Origin: Pelomyxa schiedti
Lineage: Eukaryota > Protista > Evosea
Assembly (NCBI GenBank): GCA_020536535.1
Contig: JAHLWZ010000702.1
Location: 80,772 to 144,771, forward strand
Length of the DNA: 64,000 nt
Direction: 5' to 3'
Shown here: piece by piece, positions 1 to 11,302 of the stretch
How positions within the stretch are numbered: position 1 is the stretch's first letter
How the letters are laid out: each line of letters begins with the position of its first letter
The notes under the pieces: generated by a model
Seen by the model: only the letters and a program-made list of their open reading frames with translations
Database searches by the model: none
What the model was told of the DNA's origin: nothing
Position numbers and translations under genes: made by a program

Positions 1-1753
1 AGAGGTTTGGACGTGCTCAAAACTCAACCCCAAACCACTGGAGAAAGGAGAACCTCTGCAGTTGTGATACTTACTGATGGACAGCCAGACTCTGACCCAA
101 AGCCTGCTCTGGAGGAGTATCGTATTAAAAATGGGCTCAATTGCACCATAAACTCTTTTGGTTTCGGGTATGATATATATTTTAACAACTTCAAAACTGA
201 CGTTCGTTTACCAGATACAATCTGGATAGTAAACTCTTATATGATTTTGCCACTATAGGAAACGGCATTTACGCCTTTATACCCGACTGTTCGTGAGTTA
301 TCTTTAAATTAATCGCAAGGCACTAATGAATTGCATAGATTTGTTGGGACTGTATTTGTGCATACGCTAGCCAATATTCTTACACAGATCTCGACTCCAG
401 CCAAACTCACACTCGAGCCTTTAGGAGGAGCTACCATTAACCTGTGCGGTGGTCTACCCTCAGTTCAGACCCCACATGGGGTGTCCGTAGATATAGGCGC
501 ACTTCAAGGGGCGCAACCAAAGCATATCTGCTTCAATTTAGGAAGTGTACCTTCTACAGCGCCGTGCCTCCGCGCAACGCTATCCTATAGGGATGCAGGA
601 AGTCCACCCACCTATCCAGAAACAAAAGTTTCTCTGGAAAGTGCTGCCGCAGTTGAACCAATTCCCGAAATTGAAGCGCAACGATGTAGAACTTTATTCA
701 TTGACACTGTCAGTCAAATACTGCAGAGACGCACTTATTCCCCCTCTTCTATTGGAGAAGTCCAACATCTTGTTGATACCCTAACACATTCTCCTGCAAT
801 CAGCGAGGAATGTGTTGCTGCACTATTACAAGATGCCAGTGGCCAAGTTACTGAAGCAGTTTCAAGGTATCCTTCCAACTAGTGTTAACATAGTCACTGA
901 AGAGAATAGGGCAGACTGGTTTGCCAAATGGGGAGTGCACTACCTCCCATCTTTAATGAGGGCTCACATATTCGAACAGTGCAACAACTTTAAAGTTTTC
1001 CTTTTTTTTGTATACCAATCTAACTATCTTTAAGGATCCCGGGGTTCAACTTTATGGAAGTGCCCTCTTTTCCTCTATTCGTGATACCGCCGACGACATA
1101 TTCTGCAAACTTCCTGCCCCAGTTCCACACGATCCATTTGACTATGCTGCATATGGAATGCCCCCTCCCACAGTGGCCTCAGTCAACATGGCCTCCTTCA
1201 ATAGTTCCTACAATCCTTGCTTTGCTGGAAAGTGTCACGTGGCGATGAGCAACAATGAAACCAAACGTGTGAGCGAAATAAAGGCAGGTGATATTGTACT
1301 GGGAGGTGCAAGAGTAGAATGTGTTGTGCAGACAACTTGTGCAAATGCGAAGGAGTGGCTGGTGCAGTTCGCAGATGGACTCCTTGTGACACCCTGGCAC
1401 CCAATTCGCATGGGGGAGAAGTGGATGTTCCCATGTGAGATGGGGAAGCCTACACTTCAGCACTGCGAGTCAGTCTATAGCTTCATCCTTAATGAAAAGC
1501 ACATCCTAACAATAGATGGAGTGGAGTGTGTAACGCTTGGGCACAATTTCAAGGGTATGTACATGTGGTATCCTTTCCTAACTGACCACAAACAACAGGT
1601 GAGAAAGTTGAACACCCTTACTGGGGAACAAAGAGAGTGATTGAAGACCTCAGGATGCAGGATGGCTGGACCGATGGCCGTGTAGTCCTACAACCCAACT
1701 GCGTCCTCCGAGACCCAATCACTGGTCTTGCTTGTGGCCTCAGCACAAACTGA
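1..1753 (+). CDS. vWA-Vwaint-Vint (Hint domain) protein, 5' part outside the window, spliced
   Basis: vWA motifs VVILTDGQP and INSFGFGY; Vwaint-type WFAKWGVHYLPSLMRAHIFEQCNNFK|DPGVQLYG; Hint start NPCFAG, VTPWHPI, CVTLGH; last exon EHPYWGTKRVIEDL...TN* ends at 1753. Confidence 0.9.
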
Positions 1754-1989
1754 AACATGTGTTCTGTTTATGTGCCAAAAAAAAAACCTCCCCTTTTCTC
1801 AAGATATAAGAAATTTTCAGTTCTCTCAGCGCATACAGGCACTATCACAATTGGCGGACCAAGGTTTTACATTGCCTTTCCATAACAGGCATCAACAGCC
1901 CGCTGGAACACTCACAGCCTTGTGCACGTCCTTGTCAACACACTATTTCGGAGAAGTAAAAATCAAGAGTTGCTGGTGGGCAGACGGCT

Positions 1990-2793
1990 ATGGCGTTGCT
2001 GCCACCTCCGCGGTTCTCTTTCGCCTTCCCTACTCACGTCTCAGAAGAGACCCTGCTAGCCTTCCTAGCTCGATCATTGTCGAGTTCGCCGTCTCGCACC
2101 CTACGCCGGATGTGTCGCGACGCCCCCCACGCCGCAGCCGTGCTGGCGAGCGTGATGTCGTACACTGCAACAGGCTATGCGAATGAAATCAGGCTGGTGC
2201 GGGGCCAGGCCTACGTGGTCGTGGGCTCGGCTGCCGTCGACGGCGTGACTCCTGATAAGTTCTTCTTCTCTGAGCATGAGCCGAGGGACACTTTTGAGCC
2301 TGGGGAGTGGGTAAACATACATTTGGCTGTGGGTGAAGCTGACACTGACGGTGCGGATGGCGCGGAAAGTTACGGGTGTTGCAGTGGAACAGGTGCGAAC
2401 AGTTGTAGCGCAAGCAGGGGAAAGTGGGCGAAATTCTTCCCGCGGGTGTTTGCACTTGGACAGTTCTATATGGCCTCTTTGAGGCCCGCTCACATTGTAG
2501 TTACTGCGTGGCTGTGTGCCACTGCCGCCCGGATTCTTGTCAAGGATTCCAGCACTTCGAACTGCGGTGGTATTGCTCATCAGGCCGAGTGTTTGCTAGC
2601 GCCGCTATTGTGTGAGGACACCTGGACACAGGCCAGGATTGACTGTGCCTTTGCATGCAATCTGCTATCTATTGCGGCTCAGACTTTTGAGGGTTCAGTG
2701 ACTGCCACTGGAGGAGATCTCAGTACTGTTCTCGCTGCCTTACATGAGGCCGACAACATGTGCCCCTTGCGCCAGTCCCTTGTGTATCATTAA
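1990..2793 (+). CDS. hypothetical protein, possible member of the lineage-expanded family with a short N-terminal helical motif
   Basis: Intronless 267-aa ORF with ATG start; N-terminal ETLLAFLARSLSSSPSRTL. Confidence 0.65.
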   Translation: MALLPPPRFSFAFPTHVSEETLLAFLARSLSSSPSRTLRRMCRDAPHAAAVLASVMSYTATGYANEIRLVRGQAYVVVGSAAVDGVTPDKFFFSEHEPRDTFEPGEWVNIHLAVGEADTDGADGAESYGCCSGTGANSCSASRGKWAKFFPRVFALGQFYMASLRPAHIVVTAWLCATAARILVKDSSTSNCGGIAHQAECLLAPLLCEDTWTQARIDCAFACNLLSIAAQTFEGSVTATGGDLSTVLAALHEADNMCPLRQSLVYH

Positions 2794-2873
2794 TCCACTA
2801 CGAATAACAGATGTTGATTGCTTTAGCGGAAAAAAGCGTTTTCATCGTATCAAATCAAAGGGTGGTTATCGCC

Positions 2874-3692
2874 ATGGGTTTCCGTCGTCTTTTGTTGGTG
2901 CTCATTTTAACAATAACATTGTACTCTGGTTCGATAAGTGCGTGTTGCTACATTTTGATCTTTTATGTTTTTTTTTTTTTTCCAACATCAAAAGTATGTT
3001 GTATCCTGTGCATGTTGCCAGATTCAGAGTGGTATCGATTGACACTGTCAGCTTGTGCGTTAAGTTCCACCGATTTTTCTGTTTCAGATGAGACTAATGT
3101 ATTTCGTATTTGATACAGTCACTGAATACGAAACGTGGAACAGTGTGAGCAAAACAGACGACGCCCTGCTTGAATTATACCGTATTGTATATTCGTTGTT
3201 GGGTGCTGGGTGCGGCTTCAGCTTTTTAACTGTTCTCTTTGCTGTTATACTGGCTTTTTCTGTGTGTGTGAGAAGCAAGCATTCTAAAGCATTCAAGTAT
3301 GATTTCTTTAAGCCTTCATTTTGCTTCGTTAAAAAGAAAACCTCCTAAATAGCCTCAAAAAGGGGTTGTGCTGTTGCATTTGCAGCGGTGGCGTGTATAT
3401 TGTCCCTTCTTGGGTCTCTTTACTTCATCCGTAGACCATGGTACTACAATCAGACCACCGCCTGCGTTATCTCCATTGGGCCTTGCACATCATTCCGCGG
3501 TTCAGAAAGTGGCTTTAGCTGGGGTCCAGGTAGTTCCCACTTTCTCCACACTCATGTTACTTACAAAACGAACCAACAGAGAAAGCGTGGATAGGCTCCG
3601 TTGTTGGTGCTGCTTTGACAATACCTGCATTCTTTGTGGTACTAGTTTCAAGTTCTTCACCCAAGAGAAAGAGAGGCTACACCCAACTATAG
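2874..3692 (+). CDS. four-TM claudin/amastin-like membrane protein, spliced
   Basis: Four hydrophobic segments across exons; WY in loop 1; GPCTSFRGS..SWGP before TM4; C-terminal GYTQL* at 3690-3692. 5' splicing uncertain. Confidence 0.6.
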
Positions 3693-3851
3693 GTCCATTT
3701 TCTTTGGTCAAAATTCCTCCAGCCATCTCATTACAGAACTCTCACAGTCCAACGTGGGTTTTCCAACAAATCAAATCTTTGTTGTTACGCGAAAACTGGC
3801 AGCGGAATCAAATAAATATAATTTGCGCCAGTGCGGGGAAGGACGAGCACG

Positions 3852-6239
3852 ATGTGGGTGTTCGGCGTGGCACGGCATTATAACTGCATTGCCGTCATCG
3901 CACTTGTGGGACTCTCCGACCTTGCCACCTGTGGGTTGTGCGGGCGGTGGGCCACCAACTTGGTGTGCTCCTCTTCGTCGTTCGTGCGGGCCTCCTCAGT
4001 CTCAGGATCTGGGGTGTGGGTGGGTCCTCCGTCCAATCTGGTGGCGGAGACTGAGGAGCTGTGGTGGGTCGTGCCCATTGGGTACCCCTGCGCGGACCAG
4101 CCGGGTTGGTTTTGGCACGGTTTCACCGATTTGGTATGCTCAATCCCAGTTGATTCTGTTCAGTGATAGCTTGATTGGCTACGTTGTTTACTGAATTGAC
4201 TGTTGCAGAGAGGAATTATAGGAGAGACCCCGGGGTGCGTGGAATCTCTTGGCGCTACGAATTCGGGGGATTTCATCGAGATGTACCAACCAGTGACCGT
4301 ATTTGTAGACCGAGATAGAAATGGTTATGAAGAAGCCTTCTTTTTGTCTCTGGGCGGACTTCATTTGTGTGTTTTCTGCATTCACTATAGCGCTGTTAGA
4401 CCCTAACTGGCTTAAGTTCTCAAAACAATAAAGGAAATTTTAGTGAGTCTGAAAGACTGTGTCAGTTCACCATTGATGTTTTCCTTTTTGGTAGTGTTGC
4501 ACCCTCTGTATTTTTTTTTACTAAGGAGTGGTTAGAGTATACCCTAGATATTGATGAAGATGGGGTAGAGGATCTTCTTCTTTACAATGACTCTCTCTGG
4601 TGGTTGAGCCTTAGTAATACCACTTGCAATCTGAATTTAATCTCTGATGACTTCAAAAGCCAGCATGCTTCACCTTGGTATTTTTCCTAGCAAGTGGCAT
4701 TTCCATCTTACTAGCAACAGGGCGATGGGCACAGTAAAATCTCTACCTGGGATAGATAAGGCGCTGCCGACCATTATTTATGGTGATATTGAGGTACAAA
4801 AAAAAAAAAAAAAGGAAGTAACTCGATGAACAACTTCTTCAGATTGCCAAATTATTTGTTACTCCTGATGGTGGACTAACTTGGAGCACATTGGGACTAT
4901 CCCTTTCTAACCTATCGAGCGCCCAAGTACATAGATTTTTAATACGACTGTGTACTAACGTGTGTTAGATAGTTGATGCGAATAAAGATGGGTTCAATGA
5001 AATAATAACCTGGCAAAACACTCAAAATAACCCTTTTTGTGTTCATACATTTGAAAATGACACCTGGTATTCAGTATGTGACAGTGCAGAATCTCAGAAA
5101 ATTATCGCGCCAATCTACCCTGATAGCAAGTTTTCCTTATTCCCCTCGCATCACATTAATATGGATGAATTGAATTGCAGTAATACTGAAACTTCTTACT
5201 GTTCTTACTGAAGTGTTTGCGATGTCGTGACATTTGATTCCCTATCTGTGCCATTTCAGCTTTCTGCTGTATCCCTGAAATCGGCAAGATATTTACCTGT
5301 GATGAACTTGGATCTTGTGGTAGCAACCACAGGAAAATTTGGATCCCTTTTTCAAGGTGAAACATTCTTATGACCAGAAAGCTTCTAATGGGCTTGCAGA
5401 AAATTTGTCAGATCAGGAAATCGTTGACTTTATTCTTGAAGTAATTGATCCAATTCTGAATGTAACATATATACTGTGGCTCCAAAATGGCAGATCAGTT
5501 TTTTGTGTAGAAAAACAAATTGTGACATATACTTTATTTGGATTTGCACTTGGAATGTTACCTATACTGTACTAATTCTCGTGCAATCCGGTTATCTCTT
5601 CTAATATTGACTAGGATACTCATATCTGGCCGGTGTACCAAGTACGCAGATGCTTACTGCACATGTGGCTAATCTAAGGATTTTTAGAAACATCGATCTC
5701 CCTGCCTTTGATAACATGATTACCACGTTGTTGGCAGCACTGCTCATGATGTCATTGGTCTGTTTACCTGCTGGGGGCTCATCTTTCTGGTCCAAGTAAT
5801 TCCCGTCCATCTTCCCGTTGTCTGTCTGTTATAAGATTTATTTATCCATACAAGTTGTAAAGGAGTTATTGTAATGTTCTCTGGAATTTGCTTGGAAATT
5901 ACAGTGGTGATTCTTATATTCTTCCGGACTTGGTACTTCTTCATTGCTACCTTCTTTGCAATTGGAGGATTTGTAATCACCACCGTGGCAATAAATAGTC
6001 TCTACAGCCAAATTCTAACCCAGATATTTGATGCCACATTGGTTGCAAGTGTGCCCCTCTGGGGAACTGCATTTGGAAGTGGAATTGGCATCGCTTGTGG
6101 TTTTATGATAACCAGTGCACTTGGTGTCAAAGACCAACACCTGTGTGCCAGACTTCGAAGATATATTAAAGCCAGGACAAGAAGGAAAAAGCACCAACAT
6201 GTTGAACTTGAACGTCTAAATTCACCATCTCAAAGCTAA
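3852..6239 (+). CDS. membrane protein with extracellular FG-GAP/VCBS-like DxDxDG repeats and a C-terminal multi-TM region
   Basis: Signal-like N-terminus; VDRDRNGYEE, LDIDEDGVEDLL, VDANKDGFNEII; several TM helices in 5520-6130; basic cytosolic tail. Confidence 0.6.
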
Positions 6240-6395
6240 TTTCTGCAAGTAAAAAAAAATATTATGCCAAAAATTAAGTCGTTTTTACTTTTACTCATAC
6301 AAGTCCCTAAGTGTAAAATACAAGGCTTGCTTTAAGATAGCTAGAGCCGCAAAATTGGCAAGCCTGTGTCCAGGGAGAAAGCCAAGAGTGATTGA

Positions 6396-9300
6396 CTATA
6401 AGTGTTTTGGAGGCGGTGGTGGGGGTGATGATGGTGGTTGTAAGGAGAGTGGGTGCAGCAAAGCCGGTGTATTGGTGCGAACGAGATTGGCTGGGGGCGA
6501 GGGTGGCGGCGGAGGGGGCGCCTGAAACGCGGGAATCGGCGGTGGGGTGATTATTGGGTGGTAGGTGTGTGTGGGAAGTGTGGAAGAGAAAAACATATCT
6601 GGGGACGGATCCGCGGCGCTGCTGGCTGATTCCGCCGCTGCTGCGGCAGCGGAGCGCTGCTGGGAGAAGTGCACATTATGGGCGGCCCGGGATGGTGATG
6701 ATGGGCTGTCTGTTTTCTTGTGGGCACTGAGCCATGATGACGTTGCCGCTGAGGGGCCACCTCGGGGTGATTTGTGCCCTTTGAGGTTGATGTGTACACC
6801 AAGGGACGGCGAGGAAAGTGAGTGGGAGTGCCGGTTGGCGTCGGATGAAGACGGTGACGTCGACGTGGACTGTGTTACCTTGTGATTCACCGAAGGAATG
6901 CGTGGTACTGACGGCGGTGCTGGGGTGTGGGGAACAGGGGGGCTGTTGGATGGTGATGCAGTGCTTGGGGGGTTTGGGAGTGGAAGAGGCTCTTCACTGG
7001 GAACAGTGGTATTATTGGTAACAGGTATGGTGCTGGGTGTTGTACTAGTTCCTACAGTTTCTTTCGGTGCGAGCTCTGACAATAGAAATCCGGACACTAT
7101 TTGGTGTGTAGATTGGTGTTTAGCATTCACCGATAATATTTGAAAGTTTACTGGCAGAGATTGCTTTGGCTCCATTTTTCAGAACTTCATCAGTCTTTAG
7201 TTCCATGATAAAAGCGAGACATGTTTGAAATGTGACCAACATGTAACCCTAAAAAATGAAATGAGACTATGAGTAGTAGGTTTTTTCCTTTCTCACCCTT
7301 TCCCCAGTGAGTTCGTCATCTCGGAGGAAATCCTCCATGTACTTACTCGCTGTGAATGGAATTAGTGTTTCGAAAACAATACCCCCTAACAGGTACCTGT
7401 GTATGGGTGATCGGGGTCACTGCGGATGGTAATGAAAGCAAAAAGTGGCAAAAAGTCATCAGCTGCACTGTTACAAGGGATGAGTTGCTGAAACGGGAAG
7501 TGTAGCATACAGTGTGAATTTCCCTGCCGAATATTTTTCTTGTCCCCAGTAGTTTCGAATACAATTTGCAATTTCGTGACCGACTTTTACAAGGCAATCC
7601 ACCTTTTTAGTGGGAGAATCCTTCTTGGAAATCAAGTGGATAGCTGCATGTGGATGAGAACTTGGTTTATGTCCACAAAGAAAAACCTTCAATGGCACTG
7701 GCATAAGAGACATCCGCATTCTTGAAGACTCTTAAGTTGGTATTTGAGGTAAAATTGCATACCTTTTCCCCCTTGCCTGGGTCAAATAGGCAAAAGTTTG
7801 GCGCGATACCTAAGTGTGCGGGTGTTGTCTCAGGCAATTCTCTGATTTTGGTGCTGTGGTTGAGATCTTCGTCAACGTACTGTCCAGAGTCACACAGAAA
7901 AGTATATGGCAATGAATAACCTGTCTGCAATACTTGGGCCATAGTGTAGAGTGAAGCTGTTCCATTGTATATTCATAAATAGAATCATCCAACCAGATAC
8001 CAGCAGATCTTAAGTCTTTGTATGCTTCCAAAAAATTTTCAACTGTCTTTTCTGATAGATTACAGTTAGGGCATTTAAACTGGTAAGAAAATTTTACCAG
8101 TGCAATTAGAGACACAATCTAACACTGCTGGTGCGGCTCCAACTGAACCCAGCTTCGGGATGGAAAGGATTTTTTTCTTGCACTCTTCCAAATTGGTCAT
8201 TATAGGTTGATGCAGCGGATGGTTTTCTTGTCTACAAAGCTCAGGGAAAAAAAAGGAAACTAACGGAAGTACCGGGCAATCTCAGTCAAAATAGGTAAAA
8301 AGTCCACAGTTGCGTCACTTGCAAGTTTTTTGACGGACTTCAACCAAGTAGAGTCAAAGGCTTTAACCTGGGCACAGTTACTAAAGGGAGAGATAAGGTC
8401 TCATACTTCTTTTTTTGACATCTTTGTTTTTCCTTCAGTCGTGGTAGACTTGGGAGTAGACTTTACCGGAGCTGGTGCTATTGGAGTATTACTTGGCAGT
8501 ACAGCTTTGGGTGCTGGTTGCTTTTTTGGACTGGCCTGAGGTGTTTCTATCCGCGTTGGGGTAGTTGCAACATCCTGCATATTTCGGATTTGGGTCAACT
8601 GAGCATACTGAGAGAGTTTCTCTTGGAAAATAGTTCTGTTTTTAGGACTGTTACTCGTTCAATTAGTCAAGAAGACAGAAACACACGTAGAATTCCTGGT
8701 AGACATAGTTGGACTAAGGATTGTATTGGTCTGTGTGCACATTATTTCTTGTACATAAATGAAATTTAGTACATACAGCTGGTAATGTTGGCTTCAAGTG
8801 AAGAGGCTGATAATAAGTAAGATAAAATGTCTAAGAGAATACACATACATATAAAACACCTGGGCTGGGAGGAGAATTGGGCATAGGTTGAGGCACCATA
8901 GGGACCAATCTTATGGTTACGTTTAGTCCAACCAGTTGTGTTGGGGGAAACCAAAAACCTTATAGAGAGAAGGGGAGACCCATTTGCTGTTCTTCGGTAA
9001 TTCATTGTGGGTCTGCCATAGGCAGAGGATACAGATGGAGGTGGGCCAACCGAAGAGAGAAATGCTGAGTTTGGAGGCCCAAAAGAGTTGGAAGATGGGG
9101 GGGACTGTGGCCCCAATGGTGAAGATGAGCTGTTGTAGTTACTGTAATTGCTAAAAGCGCCACTATCCACGCCATAGCTATTGTTTTGAAGCATCATCAT
9201 TTGCTGCTGCAATAACATAGCTTGCTGTTGTTGCTGTTGCTGCTGCAACAGAAAAAGGGCCTGGACTTGGGCCTGGGCCTGAGCAACTGCTGTCGCAGCG

Positions 9301-10247
9301 GCCTCTGGTGAGCCTGGCATTATGTTTTGACGCTGCTGGTGCTGTTGAAGCATCATTTGCTGGTGCATGAGTATCTGCCTCTGTTGTTGTTGCCCCACCA
9401 AGAACTGTTGCTGTTGCTGTTGTTGTTGCTGCTGCTGTGGCAGCACGCCGGTATCCGGTTTCTTTGGGCTAAGTACAGCCCCGCACACCCCCTGCGTTCC
9501 ACACGCACCCTGTTGGCAATTTTGCTGTGGTTGCGCCGCAGAACATCGATTATGGGTGTCCCCTGGAAGCTCTTGTTGAGACTGTTGATGATGTTGGTTC
9601 TGTTTCGTTCTTTGGGTTTGGTTCTGAGTCTGAGTCTGGGCATGGGTCTGGTTCCGTGGCTGCTGATTGTTGTTATGTTGTGTTACTGCTGGAGCCGCGC
9701 ATGTACCCGTACAAGCAACAGCAGGAGTTGCTGAAGCCGATGTGCGAGTTTGTTGAGCTGGGGATTGAGCTGCCTGAGTTTTGGAATGAGGTTGTGGCTG
9801 AGTTTGAGGTTTGGGTTGAGGTTGGGCACTTGTCCCATGAGCTACAGCTTTGCCCTGTTCCACATTGATTGGTTTCGTTGTGGTTGAGGTTTTAGACGGC
9901 GACGGGGACGACGCGGCCGTGCCTGTTTTGGCCGCGGTTCCCGTGGCCGATTTTGTTGGTGATCCAACAGGCCCACCACCCGTAGTAGATGGCGACGAAG
10001 TGCGCGATGTAGATGGCTGTTGTTGCAACTTGGGGAGGCTGGGTTGGCGGGTTGGCGTGGTAGGGGGTGCTGGTGTGCGATTATGGGAGGTTGGGGTTGG
10101 GGTTCTCGGCGGTGCTGGCGTGGGGGACGACGTGGCCACGGTTTTGAGGGGCGACAAGGGAATTGTGGGTGCGTTGGGGTTATTGGCGGGGGAGGGCGAC
10201 GAAGGCGTGGTGGTTGGTGACGTCGGGTGGCGCGGTTGAGGCTGCAT
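6396..10247 (-). CDS. VPS9-domain (Rab5-family GEF) protein with Q/P/T-rich N-terminal and P-rich C-terminal disordered regions
   Basis: Spliced read KVDCLVKVGHEIANCIRNYW...AADDFLPLFAFITIRSDPDHPY...YMEDFLRDDELTGE|GYMLVTFQTCLAFI matches the VPS9 consensus (GADDLLP, GYYLTT); the join to the Q-rich 5' exon is inferred. Confidence 0.8.
9200..9440 (-). repeat. CAG/CAA polyglutamine tracts (coding)
   Basis: (TGC/TGT)n runs on the + strand encode poly-Q in the VPS9 protein. Confidence 0.9.
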
Positions 10248-10529
10248 CTTTTCACAATTTGATTTTCTTTCTTATTTGGATCAATTTGATTGGTTTCTTT
10301 TGCTGCTTTTTTGCTTTTCAACGCGCATTGTCCGATACGGCAAGATGCTCAAACGAGCGAAAGGTCATTCACAAAAAAGTCAAAAGAATAAACAACAGTT
10401 TGTGATGTTTGGTTGTGTACAGAATGCTCAACTACTATGTCTGCATTCAGACTGGTCTTGGTTTTGGTTCCCTAGGATTCAGATAAGAATAAGAAGTCCA
10501 ACAATAACCCTTGCTTGAAAGGGGTCAAT

Positions 10530-11223
10530 GCATTGAGGCCATAGACACTGGGAATATCTTGTGTTCAAAGGGGTGCTTGGAGCGGTTACGAGAACAATTT
10601 GAGCAGGTGAAGGAGTTGCACGCTAAACACCAACCTGCTTGGTAAACATGTTGTGAGTTGTAAGATTGGGAATTGAAGTGTATGTAATAAGAGAACTACA
10701 ATATGTCGTGTGCGTCTTTCTAACGCTTATAGGTGTAATCATTATAGGAAAAAACTGCGTTTGAGGGGGGATGAAACACACCAGTGGAAATGGCTGAGCA
10801 GTCCTGGCATGGAGGGATCATTATGGGAGTTATTTGGCCTGTTGTTTGTTCTGGAGGAGGCGCAGTCTTTTTCCGCCTTGTGTAACGCCTCACCTCCAAT
10901 GATACTTGAGTGCCCAGGTAATTTGACCATTGGACATCGAACTGACCACCACGGTTGTCGATCTTACTGTTTTTGGACAGATTCCACAGTTCAAAAGTCT
11001 CTGTTAAATTGAAGTGCTGCATCAACTCCTATGCAACAATTAGTGTAGAGAAACTCCGTGATAGAGTACTGCTTGACGAGTCCCTTCGTTGGTTTTTTTT
11101 TTTTTTATGAGGACTAAAACACACGGCAACGGTTATTGTAATGGGCACAGTCTTGACTACGAAGTACTCCTCGCTAGGCTCGCCTTTCAATCGCACTTCG
11201 ACAAAAACGTCCGTGTCGCCCAT
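10530..11223 (-). CDS. small hypothetical protein, spliced; 3' end uncertain
   Basis: ATG at 11223 (MGDTDVFVEVRLKGEP...), with GT-AG introns linking to ORF 10720..11025. Confidence 0.4.
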
Positions 11224-11302
11224 CACGAATGGCGCCACCAACTTGCGGTAAAATTTAGATTAGTGAAACGGGCTATCCGATAGAAAAGGCATTAGGGGAT
11301 GG

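Noticed and set aside
9327-10239. Plus-strand poly-Leu/poly-Cys/Gly-Val ORFs
   Set aside because: Antisense shadows of poly-Q and P/T-rich coding sequence
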